A stretch of DNA of 64,000 bases from Promethearchaeia archaeon (GCA_036478875.1 JAZGEW010000025.1:10132-74131); one strand, 5' to 3'. Shown: positions 29,515 to 40,721, counted from the first letter of the stretch. Notes: generated from the sequence alone by a model not told the origin. Numbers and translations: made by a program.

Positions 29515-31379
29515 ATGGTAAATGGATATACTGGTAAAATTCTTAGGGTGGATTTAACAAAGGAAAATATTTCCATTGAAAATCTAGAGGAGATTTTTTG
29601 CAGGCGTTATATTGGTGGAGAAGGTTTTGTAGCCTATTACCTTCTAAAGGAATTAAAAGTTGGTATTGATCCTTTAAGTCCTGAAAATAAACTAATTTTT
29701 GCTACAGGTCCTTTAACTGGATTTGCAATACCCGGAACAGGTAGAAACAGTGTTGGGGCAAAATCCCCATTAACAGGTGGATTTGGTGAGGCAGAAGTTG
29801 GTGGCTATTGGGGGGCTGAGTTAAAACATGCGGGATTTGATGCAATTATAGTAGAGGGAAAAGCAAAAAACCCGTCTATTTATGGATAAATGATGGAGTA
29901 GCAGAAATCAAGGATGCAACTCATCTTTGGGGAAAAATTACTGGGGAAGCGCAAGAGATCATTCAAAAAGAATTAGGGGATAAATTAATCCGTGTTGCTC
30001 AAGTCGGACCTGGAGGGGAACGATTAGTGCGCTATGCTTGTGTTATCAATGATTTAAGAAATGCTGCTGGTCGTGGTGGGATGGGTGCTGTAATGGGTTC
30101 TAAGAATTTAAAAGCTATTGCTGTTAGAGGACATAAAAAGCTTGAAGTTAATAATAAAGAAAAATTGCGGGCGAAAATAAAAGAGTTTAATGAAGTAGCA
30201 TATAAACCTATGAAGAGTTATTTTGAGTTTGGTACGGGAGGAGGGATAATGGAGCAATTTGCTAAATCAGGAAATCTTCCTACAAGAAATTTTAGAGATG
30301 GTGATTTTTCGGGGGCGAAAATGTTAGATCCTGGCATTATGAAAGAAGAAATCGGGCTTACAATGGAGGCGTGTTATGCGTGTTCAATTCGGTGTAAAAA
30401 AGTTGTAGAGATCAAAGATCCTTGGGATGTAGATCCTCTCTATGGAGGTCCTGAATATGAATCGATTGGTGCCTTCGGTTCCAATTGTGGAATTGATGAT
30501 ATAAAAGCAGTTTGTAAGGCAAATGAACTTTGTAATAAATATTCAATAGATACAATTTCAACAGGAGTATCTATAGGGTTTGCAATGGAATGTTATGAGA
30601 ATGGAATCTTAACTGATAAAGATACAAATGGAATAAAATTAAACTTTGGAAATGCTGAAGCGATGGTTAAGATGGTTGAAATGATTTGTAAACGTGAAGG
30701 TCTAGGTGATATTTTAGCGGAAGGTGTTAAAAAAGCTGCTGAAAAAATAAAAAATGGAGCAGATAAGTTCGCTATGCATGTTAAAGGTCAAGAGATTCCA
30801 ATGCATGAACCTCGGTTAAAGCAAGGATTAGGAGTCGGCTATACAATTTCACCTACAGGTGCAGAACATATGGCAAATATGCATGATACATCAATTGCGA
30901 GTGAAAGATCAATAGCTGTTGAGAGTGCTATAGGGATTTTAGAGCCGCTCGAGCTTGATGATTTAGGGGCAAAAAAAGTTCGAGCGTTAGTATATTATAG
31001 TAATTGGCGTAATTTATCTAATGCTTTATTACTTTGCTATTTCTTACCTTGGGATTATGTTGATATACCTGAAATTGTAAGAGCTGTAACTGGTTGGTAT
31101 TCTTCAACCTGGGAATTAATGAAAGTAGGAGAGAGAATTACAACTATGGCACGAGTTTTTAATATAAGAGAAGGACTTACAAAAAAAGATAATTGGTTAC
31201 CTAAAAGATTTTTTCAACCTCATACATCAGGAGCACTTGCAGATACAGTAATTGAACCAGATAAGCTTAAAAATGCAATTACAACGTATTATAAGATGAT
31301 GGGTTGGAATGAAGATGGGATACCTACAAAAACTAAGTTGGAAGAATTAGATGTAGACTGGGTTTCTCAATATCTTTAA
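29515..31379 (+). CDS. aor: Tungsten aldehyde:ferredoxin oxidoreductase (AOR family), interrupted by a -1 frameshift at about 29865-29871
   Basis: ORF 29515..29889 (GKILRVDLT, KSPLTG) continues in the -1 frame as PVYLWINDG...HLWG into ORF 30027..31379 (GRGGMGAVMGSKNLKAI, GPEYE, DTIS). Confidence 0.85.
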
Positions 31380-31402
31380 AAATAAATTTAAGTCGTATAG
31401 AT

Positions 31403-31822
31403 TTAATTTTCTTTTTGTTTTTTATTTTTTTTTTTAGATTTTTCAAATTCTGGGAAATATTCTCCTTTAAGATCGATATATAAATCTTCTTTATTTTCTC
31501 TTAATAGTTGAAAAATTACTTGTATTTCTTCTTGAAAATTTGTTTTATTTCCCTCAGAATCCATAATTTCAATTAAGACTTTATCTTGTAGAAATTTTTT
31601 AAAAACTAAACCCATATCATATATATTGATGTATGTTTCTTTAAAGAAATCCAATAAATGATGTAAGTAAAGTGCTTTAATATAACCTTTCTTATTTTTA
31701 TCTTTTTCATTAAAATACGTAAGTTGTTGAAAAATAATACTCTCATTATGATTCTCAATGTCTATATTATCTTCTTGATAAATAGTCCAATTAAAACCAT
31801 AATCGAGAGTTCTGTTTACCAT
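31403..31822 (-). CDS. Hypothetical protein
   Basis: 139-aa ORF with ATG start that fills the intergenic space. Confidence 0.55.
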   Translation of the reverse strand: MVNRTLDYGFNWTIYQEDNIDIENHNESIIFQQLTYFNEKDKNKKGYIKALYLHHLLDFFKETYINIYDMGLVFKKFLQDKVLIEIMDSEGNKTNFQEEIQVIFQLLRENKEDLYIDLKGEYFPEFEKSKKKNKKQKEN

Positions 31823-32011
31823 ATTCGCAATATTTTTTTTTATTCCAGCTTTTTTAGCCCACTTATTGTGAATAAACCAATTAGGAATTTTATAATCACT
31901 ATTTTTCTGCTTTTTTTATTTGAAAGATGAAAAAAATAAAAAATTATAGTTCATTAATTAAAAATAAGAATTTATAAAAGTTAAATAATAAACTATAGTT
32001 TTATAATAACA

Positions 32012-32833
32012 ATGGTAAGAAGTAAAACAAAGTTTCCTCGGGAAGGAGAATTTATAGTCGCTAAAGTAACAGAAGTACAAAAGCAATATGTATACGTTAA
32101 TTTAATTGATTATGAAGGTTCAGATTATGATGAGAATGCTAGAGGTATGATACATATCTCAGAAATAAGTTCTCGATGGATTAAAAATATTCGTAATTTT
32201 GTTCGAATTGGTCAAAGAGTAGTTCTGCGAGTACTAAGAGTTGATGCAGGTAAGGGACATGTTGATCTATCATTACGAAGAGTTAATTCTGCTCAGAAGG
32301 AAAATCGAATAAAGGAATGGAAATATGCTTTAAAGTACGAGAATTTGTTGCAATTTCTTACAGAAACAGAAGATATTGATATAACACTCGATAAAGCTTA
32401 TGAATTAATTGGTTTTCCAGTTAGAGAGGATTATAATTCATATCAAGAGACTATTGAAAGTCTTAAAGAAAATGGAGAGGAAATTTTATCCCAATTAGAT
32501 GGTATAACAGATGATATGACGAAAGCTTTTTTAAAAATAATTGAAGAAAATGTAAGTATATCTACAGTAAGTATATCTGGTAGAGTAAAGCTTTCATTTA
32601 CTTCAGAAAATGGGATAGCACAAATTAAGGAGTCGTTAATAGAGGCATCAAAAGTAATAGAGCAAAAAGAAACTAGAAATATTAATATAAATTATATTGC
32701 AGCTCCGTTTTATCGATTAGAAGTCGTTTCAAAGGATTACTTAGATGCAGAGAATATTTTATCAGATGCATTAGAAATTATTGAACAAAAAACTGAAAAA
32801 TATAGCGGTACATTTGAATTTATACGAGATTAA
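32012..32833 (+). CDS. eif2a: Translation initiation factor aIF2 subunit alpha
   Basis: FPREGE, S1 domain GMIHISEISSRWIKNIR, VDLSLRRV and APFYRL. Confidence 0.95.
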   Translation: MVRSKTKFPREGEFIVAKVTEVQKQYVYVNLIDYEGSDYDENARGMIHISEISSRWIKNIRNFVRIGQRVVLRVLRVDAGKGHVDLSLRRVNSAQKENRIKEWKYALKYENLLQFLTETEDIDITLDKAYELIGFPVREDYNSYQETIESLKENGEEILSQLDGITDDMTKAFLKIIEENVSISTVSISGRVKLSFTSENGIAQIKESLIEASKVIEQKETRNININYIAAPFYRLEVVSKDYLDAENILSDALEIIEQKTEKYSGTFEFIRD

Positions 32834-32854
32834 ACTCAATCATATGATATAAAA

Positions 32855-33040
32855 ATGACAAAATATCTTCAAAAGTGTGAGAATTGTAATAAGTACGGAT
32901 TGCTGAATCCTGAATCAAAATGTCGTTATTGTGGAGGCAAGTTAATAAATCCAAGACCTCCAAAGTATTCTCCTATAGATAAATATGGAAAATATCGAAT
33001 GGAATATTTCAAAGAAGATTTTGAAAAGAAATTTAAATAA
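32855..33040 (+). CDS. nop10: H/ACA RNP protein Nop10
   Basis: CxxC...CxxC and PPKYSPIDKYGKYR; follows aIF2alpha. Confidence 0.93.
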   Translation: MTKYLQKCENCNKYGLLNPESKCRYCGGKLINPRPPKYSPIDKYGKYRMEYFKEDFEKKFK

Positions 33041-33042
33041 AG

Positions 33043-33711
33043 TTAAGGAAGTTCTATTTTTTCTACAAATTTTTCATATATAAGAATTTTTGCATTTTTT
33101 TGGGGTAAATTAGCAATATCTTCTTTCTCAAAAGGTCCGTAATTAATAAGATCAATACCAACTAAAGGAGGTGTCTTTTTTAAAAATCTCACGAGGGTAT
33201 AATCTATTTTTTCCTTATCTATTACTTCATTAGATTCAGAAACTATGGTCTCCTCTTTTTTATTAGATATTGAAACTTCTGCAATACTTTTCTTTGTTAC
33301 TATTTCTGATTCAATTAATCCCTCAAGCTTACTTTTACTTTCTTGTTCAAAAAGTGAGAGTGATTTTACTTTCTTAAATCCCTTGATTGTACTAACTAAA
33401 TTTTGATAAAGCAATTTTTCTGCTTCAATAACATTATTCAAATTAATTTCTTTAAGTGCTAAAGCAAAATTTATAATTTTTACTTCCCTAAGCTTTAAAA
33501 AATCATTAAATAAGAAGTTAAAATTATCTTTATATGACTTCAGTAAATGGTCCTTTAGTTCGTTCAAGTTTTCTTCTTCATAATTATTGATAAAGTTCAA
33601 ATTTTCTTTATAATAATTAAATAGTTCTTGATTTAACTCAGTTAAATTGGTTTGTTGGAATTCTTCAAGCCATTGTTGGTAAAGTTTTTCATAATCTATT
33701 TGTAAATCCAT
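33043..33711 (-). CDS. GINS complex subunit (Gins15/Gins51 type)
   Basis: Helical A domain then B domain VRFLKKTPPLVGIDLINYGPFEKEDIA; lies downstream of priS. Confidence 0.88.
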   Translation of the reverse strand: MDLQIDYEKLYQQWLEEFQQTNLTELNQELFNYYKENLNFINNYEEENLNELKDHLLKSYKDNFNFLFNDFLKLREVKIINFALALKEINLNNVIEAEKLLYQNLVSTIKGFKKVKSLSLFEQESKSKLEGLIESEIVTKKSIAEVSISNKKEETIVSESNEVIDKEKIDYTLVRFLKKTPPLVGIDLINYGPFEKEDIANLPQKNAKILIYEKFVEKIELP

Positions 33712-33771
33712 AAATATCGAATTTTTTAGTTTAATATAATAAACAGTGTTCTTAAGTTTAAATCTTTTAAC

Positions 33772-35055
33772 TTATACAGATTTTGCAACTCCCTTACATA
33801 ATAAAAAAACCGCAATATGATGAGGAACCTCTATTGTATCACCTAATTTATATGGTCCAAATGATTCACCTTTAATTTTTGTTGCTGGTACATTAGATTC
33901 AATTATTTCTAATTTTTGAATAGTTTGTACTTTACTAACAAATACAATTGGATCCAATTTCTCTACTTGTTCGTCTAAGGGATTATAATCGTCAAGATCA
34001 TTAGGATTCAGTTCTTGAACTTTAAAGCCGGTTTTACCATGTAAGGATCCAGGATACCTAATAAGTCTATGAATATCTATTGATACTGGTACATCAACTT
34101 CAATTCCAATTTGTTCAACAATTGGTTCTAGGAAATTATACCACGTATTTAAAGTAGAACTAACAAGAGTCCAATTATTCGCATTGTTGCTTTTAATTAT
34201 ATTAAGAAAATTATTTTTATAGTTAAGAAAATTTTCAATAAAGTTTTGATTTAAATTAAATTTTCTTTTATCTGATAATAAAGTCTCGATTTCAATGCTA
34301 GACATTTTTAAAATTTCTTCGATTTTTCTATTGATTTTTTGAGACCATCCAATTGTTTCTGTAGAAAAACCAAAAATATTATTTCCCATTTTTCGTAAGC
34401 CTAAAATTTCAAAAGAAATACCTTCTCCTGTAATATAGTCAATTATCTCTCTACGTTCATCACTTGATAATGCTCTTAGGTTATTATCTTCAATTTTCAA
34501 ATGATATCCCCTATGCCCTGAAAAAGCGATTTTTATTTTTTCAATATCAATATTGAAATCAGGTATTAAAAAATCATAAATTAACTTATTTATCTCTTTT
34601 TTAGCAACATTTAAGCATTCTTCACATATCCAAGTAAGTTTTTTCAGTTTTAATTTCCCGCATTTTGGACATTTTTCTACCATTCCCTTTCCATTTTTTC
34701 CACATTCTTTACAATACCATATATCATGATCCTCCTTACAAGGAGTATAAAAATGATCTACATCAATATCGACAATTAAATCACAACCTTGGTATCCTTT
34801 ATTCTTCATATCTTGGTTTTCTGGATTTATATAAAGAGATCCACTTGAATAAACATGTCTAGGTCCGTTATTTATTAAATGTTGTATTAAATTCTCTCTA
34901 TTTGCAAAACCCATGTGTCTTATCATCCTAATTTGCTGATCCCATGGAATAAAACCAAATTCTCTTTGATTAAATAAATTTACTAAAGGAATCTTCTCTC
35001 TATTATCTTTATAATATTCCTTGAATCGGCGTTTTAGATACTCGAAGGACATCAT
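33772..35055 (-). CDS. priS: DNA primase catalytic subunit
   Basis: REFGF, DIDVD, FSGHRGYH and DIHRLIRYPGSLHGKTG. Confidence 0.95.
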   Translation of the reverse strand: MMSFEYLKRRFKEYYKDNREKIPLVNLFNQREFGFIPWDQQIRMIRHMGFANRENLIQHLINNGPRHVYSSGSLYINPENQDMKNKGYQGCDLIVDIDVDHFYTPCKEDHDIWYCKECGKNGKGMVEKCPKCGKLKLKKLTWICEECLNVAKKEINKLIYDFLIPDFNIDIEKIKIAFSGHRGYHLKIEDNNLRALSSDERREIIDYITGEGISFEILGLRKMGNNIFGFSTETIGWSQKINRKIEEILKMSSIEIETLLSDKRKFNLNQNFIENFLNYKNNFLNIIKSNNANNWTLVSSTLNTWYNFLEPIVEQIGIEVDVPVSIDIHRLIRYPGSLHGKTGFKVQELNPNDLDDYNPLDEQVEKLDPIVFVSKVQTIQKLEIIESNVPATKIKGESFGPYKLGDTIEVPHHIAVFLLCKGVAKSV

Positions 35056-36239
35056 TTCTTATCTAGAGTTTGATTTTTTGTTTTTTTTAATTTCTTAGAA
35101 TCACGATATTGTTTGACTTCTATATATTTAAGAGGATGTGAAATATCTTTTTGTACCTCTTGTAACCTTGAAAAATAACCCTCTAAACATAATACATCTT
35201 TATACTCTTTTGCAAAACATAAACTATAGGATTTTAAAGATTTACATGAATATGGTGTATATCCTTTTTTCATGGCATACTTCACTTGATATGCTGTTTG
35301 TTCTCTATTAAAATCAGGTAGTGTTGAAAATACATTAATTATTTTATCCTCAGGATATTTAAGTGAATTTAAGAACCATAATATAAATAATCTTTCAGTA
35401 TGTATTAAATTCTGTCCCTCTTGTGCTTTAGAGAGTATTTCTTTTATACAAGGAGGGAAAGTTTCTGATATATCTTTACCTTCCTTAAAGGTAATATCAA
35501 TCGTATATTCAAATTCTTCCTTTTTTGATTCCCAAATATCAGTTATAGTATCATATAATGCTTTAAATTCTTGAATTTCAAATAACTTTTCTTTAAATTT
35601 GTCTAATTCAGTAGAAAGTTCATTATTTTGAGGCAAAAATTTCATCCGTACATGTTCTTGCAACAATCTATTAATATTTTCGGGTTTAATATATACATAA
35701 CCTTGTCGTACGGCATTATTCACTAATTTACGATATTCATCCTTTAAATTAGAGGCAAGTTTTAAATAGTTTAAATAAGAAATCTTGAAATTTGTTTTAA
35801 AAATTTCTTGTTGATCTTTTACCACAAATTTTTTATAAATAGTTGGTTGTTCGTCATACAATACTTCTAAATTTAAATCCTGGTAAATATAATATAAATT
35901 ATATTCATTTTCTTTATTTAATTCATTGTAAGTGGTTTTGGAGTATATATTTGCTATTCTATTAGAAAGAATTTTGTTGTTTAAAATATAAAGGATAATT
36001 TTTAGTATTAAATAAACATAAATATTATTCTCGTCGAGCTCATATTCCGATAACTGTTCAATATGATTAAAAGCATCATTGAATATGGTTAAAACTCTAC
36101 GTTTTAGATCATTAGATTTATCAGATGTAAAGATTTCATTAATGAAATCTAAAGGATTTTTTGAAGCTATATCGGAATAGTATGTTTTTAAAGAAGGAAG
36201 CCAAGGATATCGCTTTACTAAGTCATATATTTCGCTCAT
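35052..36239 (-). CDS. priL: DNA primase large subunit
   Basis: YPWL N-terminus, FPPCI, PDFN...YQV and YTPYSC...C Fe-S domain. Confidence 0.92.
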   Translation of the reverse strand: MSEIYDLVKRYPWLPSLKTYYSDIASKNPLDFINEIFTSDKSNDLKRRVLTIFNDAFNHIEQLSEYELDENNIYVYLILKIILYILNNKILSNRIANIYSKTTYNELNKENEYNLYYIYQDLNLEVLYDEQPTIYKKFVVKDQQEIFKTNFKISYLNYLKLASNLKDEYRKLVNNAVRQGYVYIKPENINRLLQEHVRMKFLPQNNELSTELDKFKEKLFEIQEFKALYDTITDIWESKKEEFEYTIDITFKEGKDISETFPPCIKEILSKAQEGQNLIHTERLFILWFLNSLKYPEDKIINVFSTLPDFNREQTAYQVKYAMKKGYTPYSCKSLKSYSLCFAKEYKDVLCLEGYFSRLQEVQKDISHPLKYIEVKQYRDSKKLKKTKNQTLDKK

Positions 36240-36543
36240 TGCTCAAAAATTCTCTAATTTCAAATACAAATATTTATAGACTAAAAGACATGATGAGAAA
36301 TAACTTTAATAGATTAAGAGTAAATTAATTTACTGATAATTTTAATAAATCTATTAACTAACTAATAATTTACCATGCTCATCCAGTATAGCAAATTAGC
36401 TAAGTTATAAATCTGTAAGCGTTCATGGTATTAATCAAAAATGAATTTTAAGAACTGATTAGACGTTTTTATAGTTTGACAATATTAGAAAATAGACTCA
36501 TTTTGGATCTATTGAAAAGTAAAAAGTAGTAAATTTATATCAA

Positions 36544-36840
36544 CTAATGGTCAATATGTTTATCCCAATTTTTAGGTTTTTGATTTAATTGCATAATTGA
36601 AACAATTAATATCTCAACTTCTTTAATTTGATAAATTATTCCATATGGGAAGCGTTGGGTTATACATCTTTGACAATTTTGTGATATTTTAGCCCATGCT
36701 TTGGGAAATTGGAGAATTCGATGAATTGTGGAATAAATTTCTTTGGAAAAATCTAGACCTAAACCAGGACTCTTATCTTCATAATAATCAATCGAATCAT
36801 TTAATTCCTCGACGGCTAAGGGATGGAAACTATATTTCAT
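36544..36840 (-). CDS. RelE/ParE family toxin
   Basis: FHPLAVEEL...YYE...GLGLDF...FP...RFPYGIIY pattern; overlaps the antitoxin stop codon. Confidence 0.88.
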   Translation of the reverse strand: MKYSFHPLAVEELNDSIDYYEDKSPGLGLDFSKEIYSTIHRILQFPKAWAKISQNCQRCITQRFPYGIIYQIKEVEILIVSIMQLNQKPKNWDKHIDH

Positions 36841-37070
36841 TTTATAAACCGACTTCGAATATCTTCAAAAACTTTTTCACCTGAAATTGATTGAACTTTA
36901 CCTGAATTGATGTCAGAAATGCGTTTTTCTGCTTCTTCAGCCCATAAATCATCAATTTCTTTTTGAATTGGAACATTAAGACTTTCTATTAATTTATCAA
37001 TTAATATAGTTCGTAGATGTGAAGGTAATGATAATATTTCTTGGATTAATTTTTCGTTTAATTCATTCAT
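36837..37070 (-). CDS. Addiction-module antitoxin
   Basis: LSLP...R..L...L.ESL....D..WAEEAEKR pattern; sits upstream of the toxin. Confidence 0.85.
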   Translation of the reverse strand: MNELNEKLIQEILSLPSHLRTILIDKLIESLNVPIQKEIDDLWAEEAEKRISDINSGKVQSISGEKVFEDIRSRFIK

Positions 37071-37207
37071 CTTTATTCATCTTTATAATCATACAAATAA
37101 ATAATATAAAATCAAACTTTAATTTTTTTTGTTATTAGATTTTAGTAATCAAAAATTTTAATCGTATTTTCGATTATTTCGTTGTAGTTACAAAAAGATA
37201 TTAATAA

Positions 37208-38011
37208 TTAAAACTCATCCATGTCATCGTCGTCTTCAAATTCAGCTTCTTCTACTCTTGGAGCTAGGAAGTAACTTAATTCACCACCTTCAAGAAGATT
37301 AAAGATCATTTTTAATGGATGATCTGTCTTTAAGGATATTTCTAGCTTTTCAGTAATGGATGCTATTTTTAATATTGCTTTCAAAAATGTTAAGGAGTAT
37401 GCTCCACTACTAGTTCCATTAATATCATTCTCGATTAAATCATCTTCATTTAATTCATATTCCATTTCACCAATTTGTCCTGCAGAACTAAAAACTAACC
37501 CCTTTCCCTCTGTTGCGGTCATATTAAGAATTTCAGAATAAATTTCAGCATCTTTTATTGCTTCTACTAAGAATTCTGATTCGATAACCCATTTTGAAGG
37601 ATATTCAATTTTTAATAAATTGTCCATTGGAATTTCTTCAATATCGATATCCAATAAAGCTAAACTAAAAGTTCGCGTACGTGTCATACCTTCTCGTTGC
37701 ATTTTTATTTTTATTTTTTGTTCAGTTTCATTGAAATCAATTTCTACTGAATCATTTGCAGCACTTCTCTTTAAAATCTTATCTAAATCATCCAAGTTTA
37801 ACCCAACTTTTGATTCTTTATCGCATTGATAGTCATCAAAGTTCTCCTTTTTAATTGAAAGTTTTAGCAAACATATTCTACTAGGATCCATCGCTGAAAT
37901 TGTAAACTCTTTAGGAGTAACTCGAAATTCAGTTTCATCAATAATACTCGCAAGAGTTTCAACAATTCCTTTCAAAATCCGACTATTTTCTAATTTTAAT
38001 GTAAAAGTCAT
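37208..38011 (-). CDS. pcn: PCNA sliding clamp
   Basis: AMDPSRICL, YSLTFL and YFLAPRVE, with an acidic tail. Confidence 0.96.
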   Translation of the reverse strand: MTFTLKLENSRILKGIVETLASIIDETEFRVTPKEFTISAMDPSRICLLKLSIKKENFDDYQCDKESKVGLNLDDLDKILKRSAANDSVEIDFNETEQKIKIKMQREGMTRTRTFSLALLDIDIEEIPMDNLLKIEYPSKWVIESEFLVEAIKDAEIYSEILNMTATEGKGLVFSSAGQIGEMEYELNEDDLIENDINGTSSGAYSLTFLKAILKIASITEKLEISLKTDHPLKMIFNLLEGGELSYFLAPRVEEAEFEDDDDMDEF

Positions 38012-38193
38012 ATTCTTTCAGTAAATTTATTCAATTATAATTAAGATAATTTTGTTTGATTCGCATTATTAATAATGTTTAATATTAGTCTTTTAATAAT
38101 ACCAATATTAGGTTTTAAATTAATTATTTATACTCTCTTAAATTTTCAATTTTGTATTAAGTAAATAATTAGATCATTCGTATATAAAAAAAA

Positions 38194-38517
38194 ATGTCTA
38201 ATCCCTACGCAAAGCAAAGAATAATTAAAGATATCAATTTTGATGATGATAAACGAATCCAAGTTACTGGATATATTAAAAACAGAATTAATGATGAACT
38301 TATTGTTTTGGATGATAAAACGGGTCAAATAAACGTTAAGATAATTAATATTGAAGATTTTAATTTTAAAAATAATGATTTAATTAATGTGATTGGAGAC
38401 TTAGAATCAACTGAAGGACAAGTGATCAATGCTGAAATAGTTCAAGATATGAATAAATTAAATTTTGAGTATTACCAAAAACTCTATCAAATCAAAAATG
38501 AACTAGAGCTAACTTAA
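38194..38517 (+). CDS. OB-fold protein, RPA small-subunit-like
   Basis: IQVTGYI...LDDKTGQI...INVIG single OB fold; divergent from PCNA. Confidence 0.7.
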   Translation: MSNPYAKQRIIKDINFDDDKRIQVTGYIKNRINDELIVLDDKTGQINVKIINIEDFNFKNNDLINVIGDLESTEGQVINAEIVQDMNKLNFEYYQKLYQIKNELELT

Positions 38518-38542
38518 AATAATTATTTTCTTCATGATATCC

Positions 38543-38911
38543 TTAATCATCTAGAAATTTTTGAATTTCAATTGTATATCCATTAGGATCCTTGAAGAAA
38601 AAATGATAGATATTAAATTTATGATTAATATGAGGTTTTTCTCCAATGTTTAGCCCTGCCTTAATTAGGTTATTGTAGTATTTATCAACATCCTCAGTAA
38701 CCAATGTTATAATTGGGCTTTTATCATCATGGATGATTGACATATGCTCACAAAATCCTATTTTACTTTGATTATTGATGTTAAATATCAAACAAACATC
38801 CTGATCTTTATATAATGTTAATCCTAGGATATGTACGTAAAAATTTGATGTTTTAGTGAGATCATTTGTCCCCAAAAAAGTAATAAATTCTTTAAATGGC
38901 ATAAATGTCAT
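38543..38911 (-). CDS. VOC/glyoxalase family protein
   Basis: FY..ILGL and FFFKDPNGYTIEIQ. Confidence 0.85.
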   Translation of the reverse strand: MTFMPFKEFITFLGTNDLTKTSNFYVHILGLTLYKDQDVCLIFNINNQSKIGFCEHMSIIHDDKSPIITLVTEDVDKYYNNLIKAGLNIGEKPHINHKFNIYHFFFKDPNGYTIEIQKFLDD

Positions 38912-39033
38912 TTATACATAATTGGTTATTTTATAAAATTCAAAATTTCATATATATTTATAGATTAGATAAAATTTTTTAAATATTAATATTTTTAAAG
39001 GTTATAATTAAAATCTATAGGTAAAAAAACAAT

Positions 39034-39372
39034 ATGGTCGAATTTTGCCCCGAATGTTCAAACCTGTTGCGTAAAAGAATAGATAAAGATAATTCCTTTT
39101 TAGTGTGCAAATGTGGTTATCAAAAAGAAATATTACCAGATAATTCTAAAATAGAGACTCATGTTCAAAAAAAGAAAACAGCATTAGAAAATAATTTAGT
39201 AATTGTTTCTGAAGAAGATAAAATTTCAGTATATCCTAAAACAAAGAGAGATTGCCCAAAATGTATTAATAAGGAGGCTGAAACTTGGCAAATACAAATG
39301 AGGAGTGCAGATGAGCCAAGTACTCACTTTTTTCGATGTACTGAGTGTAAACATACTTGGCGCGAATATTAA
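39034..39372 (+). CDS. tfs: Transcription factor S (TFS/RpoM)
   Basis: FCPECSNLL and C-terminal ribbon with QMRSADEP; acidic catalytic pair intact. Confidence 0.93.
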   Translation: MVEFCPECSNLLRKRIDKDNSFLVCKCGYQKEILPDNSKIETHVQKKKTALENNLVIVSEEDKISVYPKTKRDCPKCINKEAETWQIQMRSADEPSTHFFRCTECKHTWREY

Positions 39373-39641
39373 TTAAATTTAATTACTATTTTTATATTAC
39401 TGAGATATTGAAGAATTAGTGTGAAAGAATAACTGTTTAAATACTTATAGATTACTATTACTTCTTTTATTTTACTGAAAAGGAATACTTTTCATTATAA
39501 TATCTGGAAAAAGTTAGAAATTAAAATATCAAGAGAGCGTTATTTAAAATTACTAAATTTTAACTGTTTTTCTTCTTATATATTAACCTTTTATAATATA
39601 TGTACTAAGAATTAGGGAATTCAAAAAGGCAAAAAGGAAAA

Positions 39642-40127
39642 TTGTTAATGAATAAAGAAAGAAGACAAGAATATCAAAATCTTTTAAAAGAAATATTAAA
39701 AAAAGAAAATACTAAAAAATGTTCTAAATGTAAACAAATTTTACCTGCTACACCAGAATATTTCTACAGAAGAAAAAATGGAAAATTTGGTCTTGATCAT
39801 ACTTGTAAAGTATGTAAAAAGAAATGGGATAAAGTTTATCATAGAGTAAAAAAACATGATGTTAACACCACACAATTTTTTTCTATGTTAGAAAACCAAA
39901 ATCATAAATGCGATATTTGTAAGCAAACACTACATTTTTACGATTATGGTGGAGTACATATCGATCATAACCATAAAACAGGTGAAATTAGAAAAATACT
40001 ATGTTTTCATTGCAATGTTGTTTTGGGCTTAATAAATGATAATAGATTCGTTTTAGCAAATGCAATTTTGTATTTAAAGAAGCATAGAAAAAGATTAACG
40101 AGAAAGAAATTAACTACTCAATTATAA
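39642..40127 (+). CDS. Endonuclease VII-like (His-Me finger) protein with N-terminal zinc finger
   Basis: KKCSKC...CKVC followed by QNHKCDIC...HIDHNHKTGEIRKILCFHCN..LG. Confidence 0.88.
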   Translation: MLMNKERRQEYQNLLKEILKKENTKKCSKCKQILPATPEYFYRRKNGKFGLDHTCKVCKKKWDKVYHRVKKHDVNTTQFFSMLENQNHKCDICKQTLHFYDYGGVHIDHNHKTGEIRKILCFHCNVVLGLINDNRFVLANAILYLKKHRKRLTRKKLTTQL

Positions 40128-40517
40128 AATATTATAGGGATATATAGAATTTCATATTAAGATTGTATTCACAAATTATTCAAAAAAAATAAATAAAGAT
40201 AGAATTAATAAATTATGTTTTTAATCTCGCATTTCCATTCATTATTTTATGATTAAGCACAAATTCAAATAGTGTTCATGTAATTTTATTTAAAAAATTA
40301 ATAAATCCTGTTTTGTCCGATATGCTCCATCTAATAAGGAATTCATTGCAGATATTGGAACAATTGCAGATACCTGTTCTGAAGGGAGTACACTAAAATC
40401 AGCAAAAACATTAAAAATTATGATAACATCTGGTTCGGTAATTCTGAATTGATCAAAATACTTTTTAATAGTTTTTGATATAGAGGTCTTCAAGGAAGGT
40501 TCTAGTATTACAGAATT

Positions 40518-40721
40518 TTAGGAAAGAACTTCTAAAATTTTAGTAAGAATACGTGCTTTGCCCCCAGTTGATTGGAGTATAGTTTTCCCACATACTAAAC
40601 ATTCTACATCCGTTGCAGAACAACCAAAAATGATTTGTTGGTTTCCGCAGTTCAGACACTTTACACGTAAAAACCTACTTTTTGCTTGTGGAATAAGTTG
40701 TTTTTCTTTTTTGTGGATCAT
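40518..40721 (-). CDS. rps27e: Ribosomal protein eS27
   Basis: SRFLRVKC..C...C..CG...TGGKA. Confidence 0.96.
   Translation of the reverse strand: MIHKKEKQLIPQAKSRFLRVKCLNCGNQQIIFGCSATDVECLVCGKTILQSTGGKARILTKILEVLS

Noticed and set aside
34620-34760. Cys-rich insert in PriS as an intein or intron
   Set aside because: It is in frame, looks like a zinc-binding insertion of the kind seen in archaeal PriS, and shows no intein termini or BHB.
40290-40493. 67-aa ORF downstream of rps27e
   Set aside because: TTG start and no recognisable motif. It could be a gene remnant, but I cannot support that.
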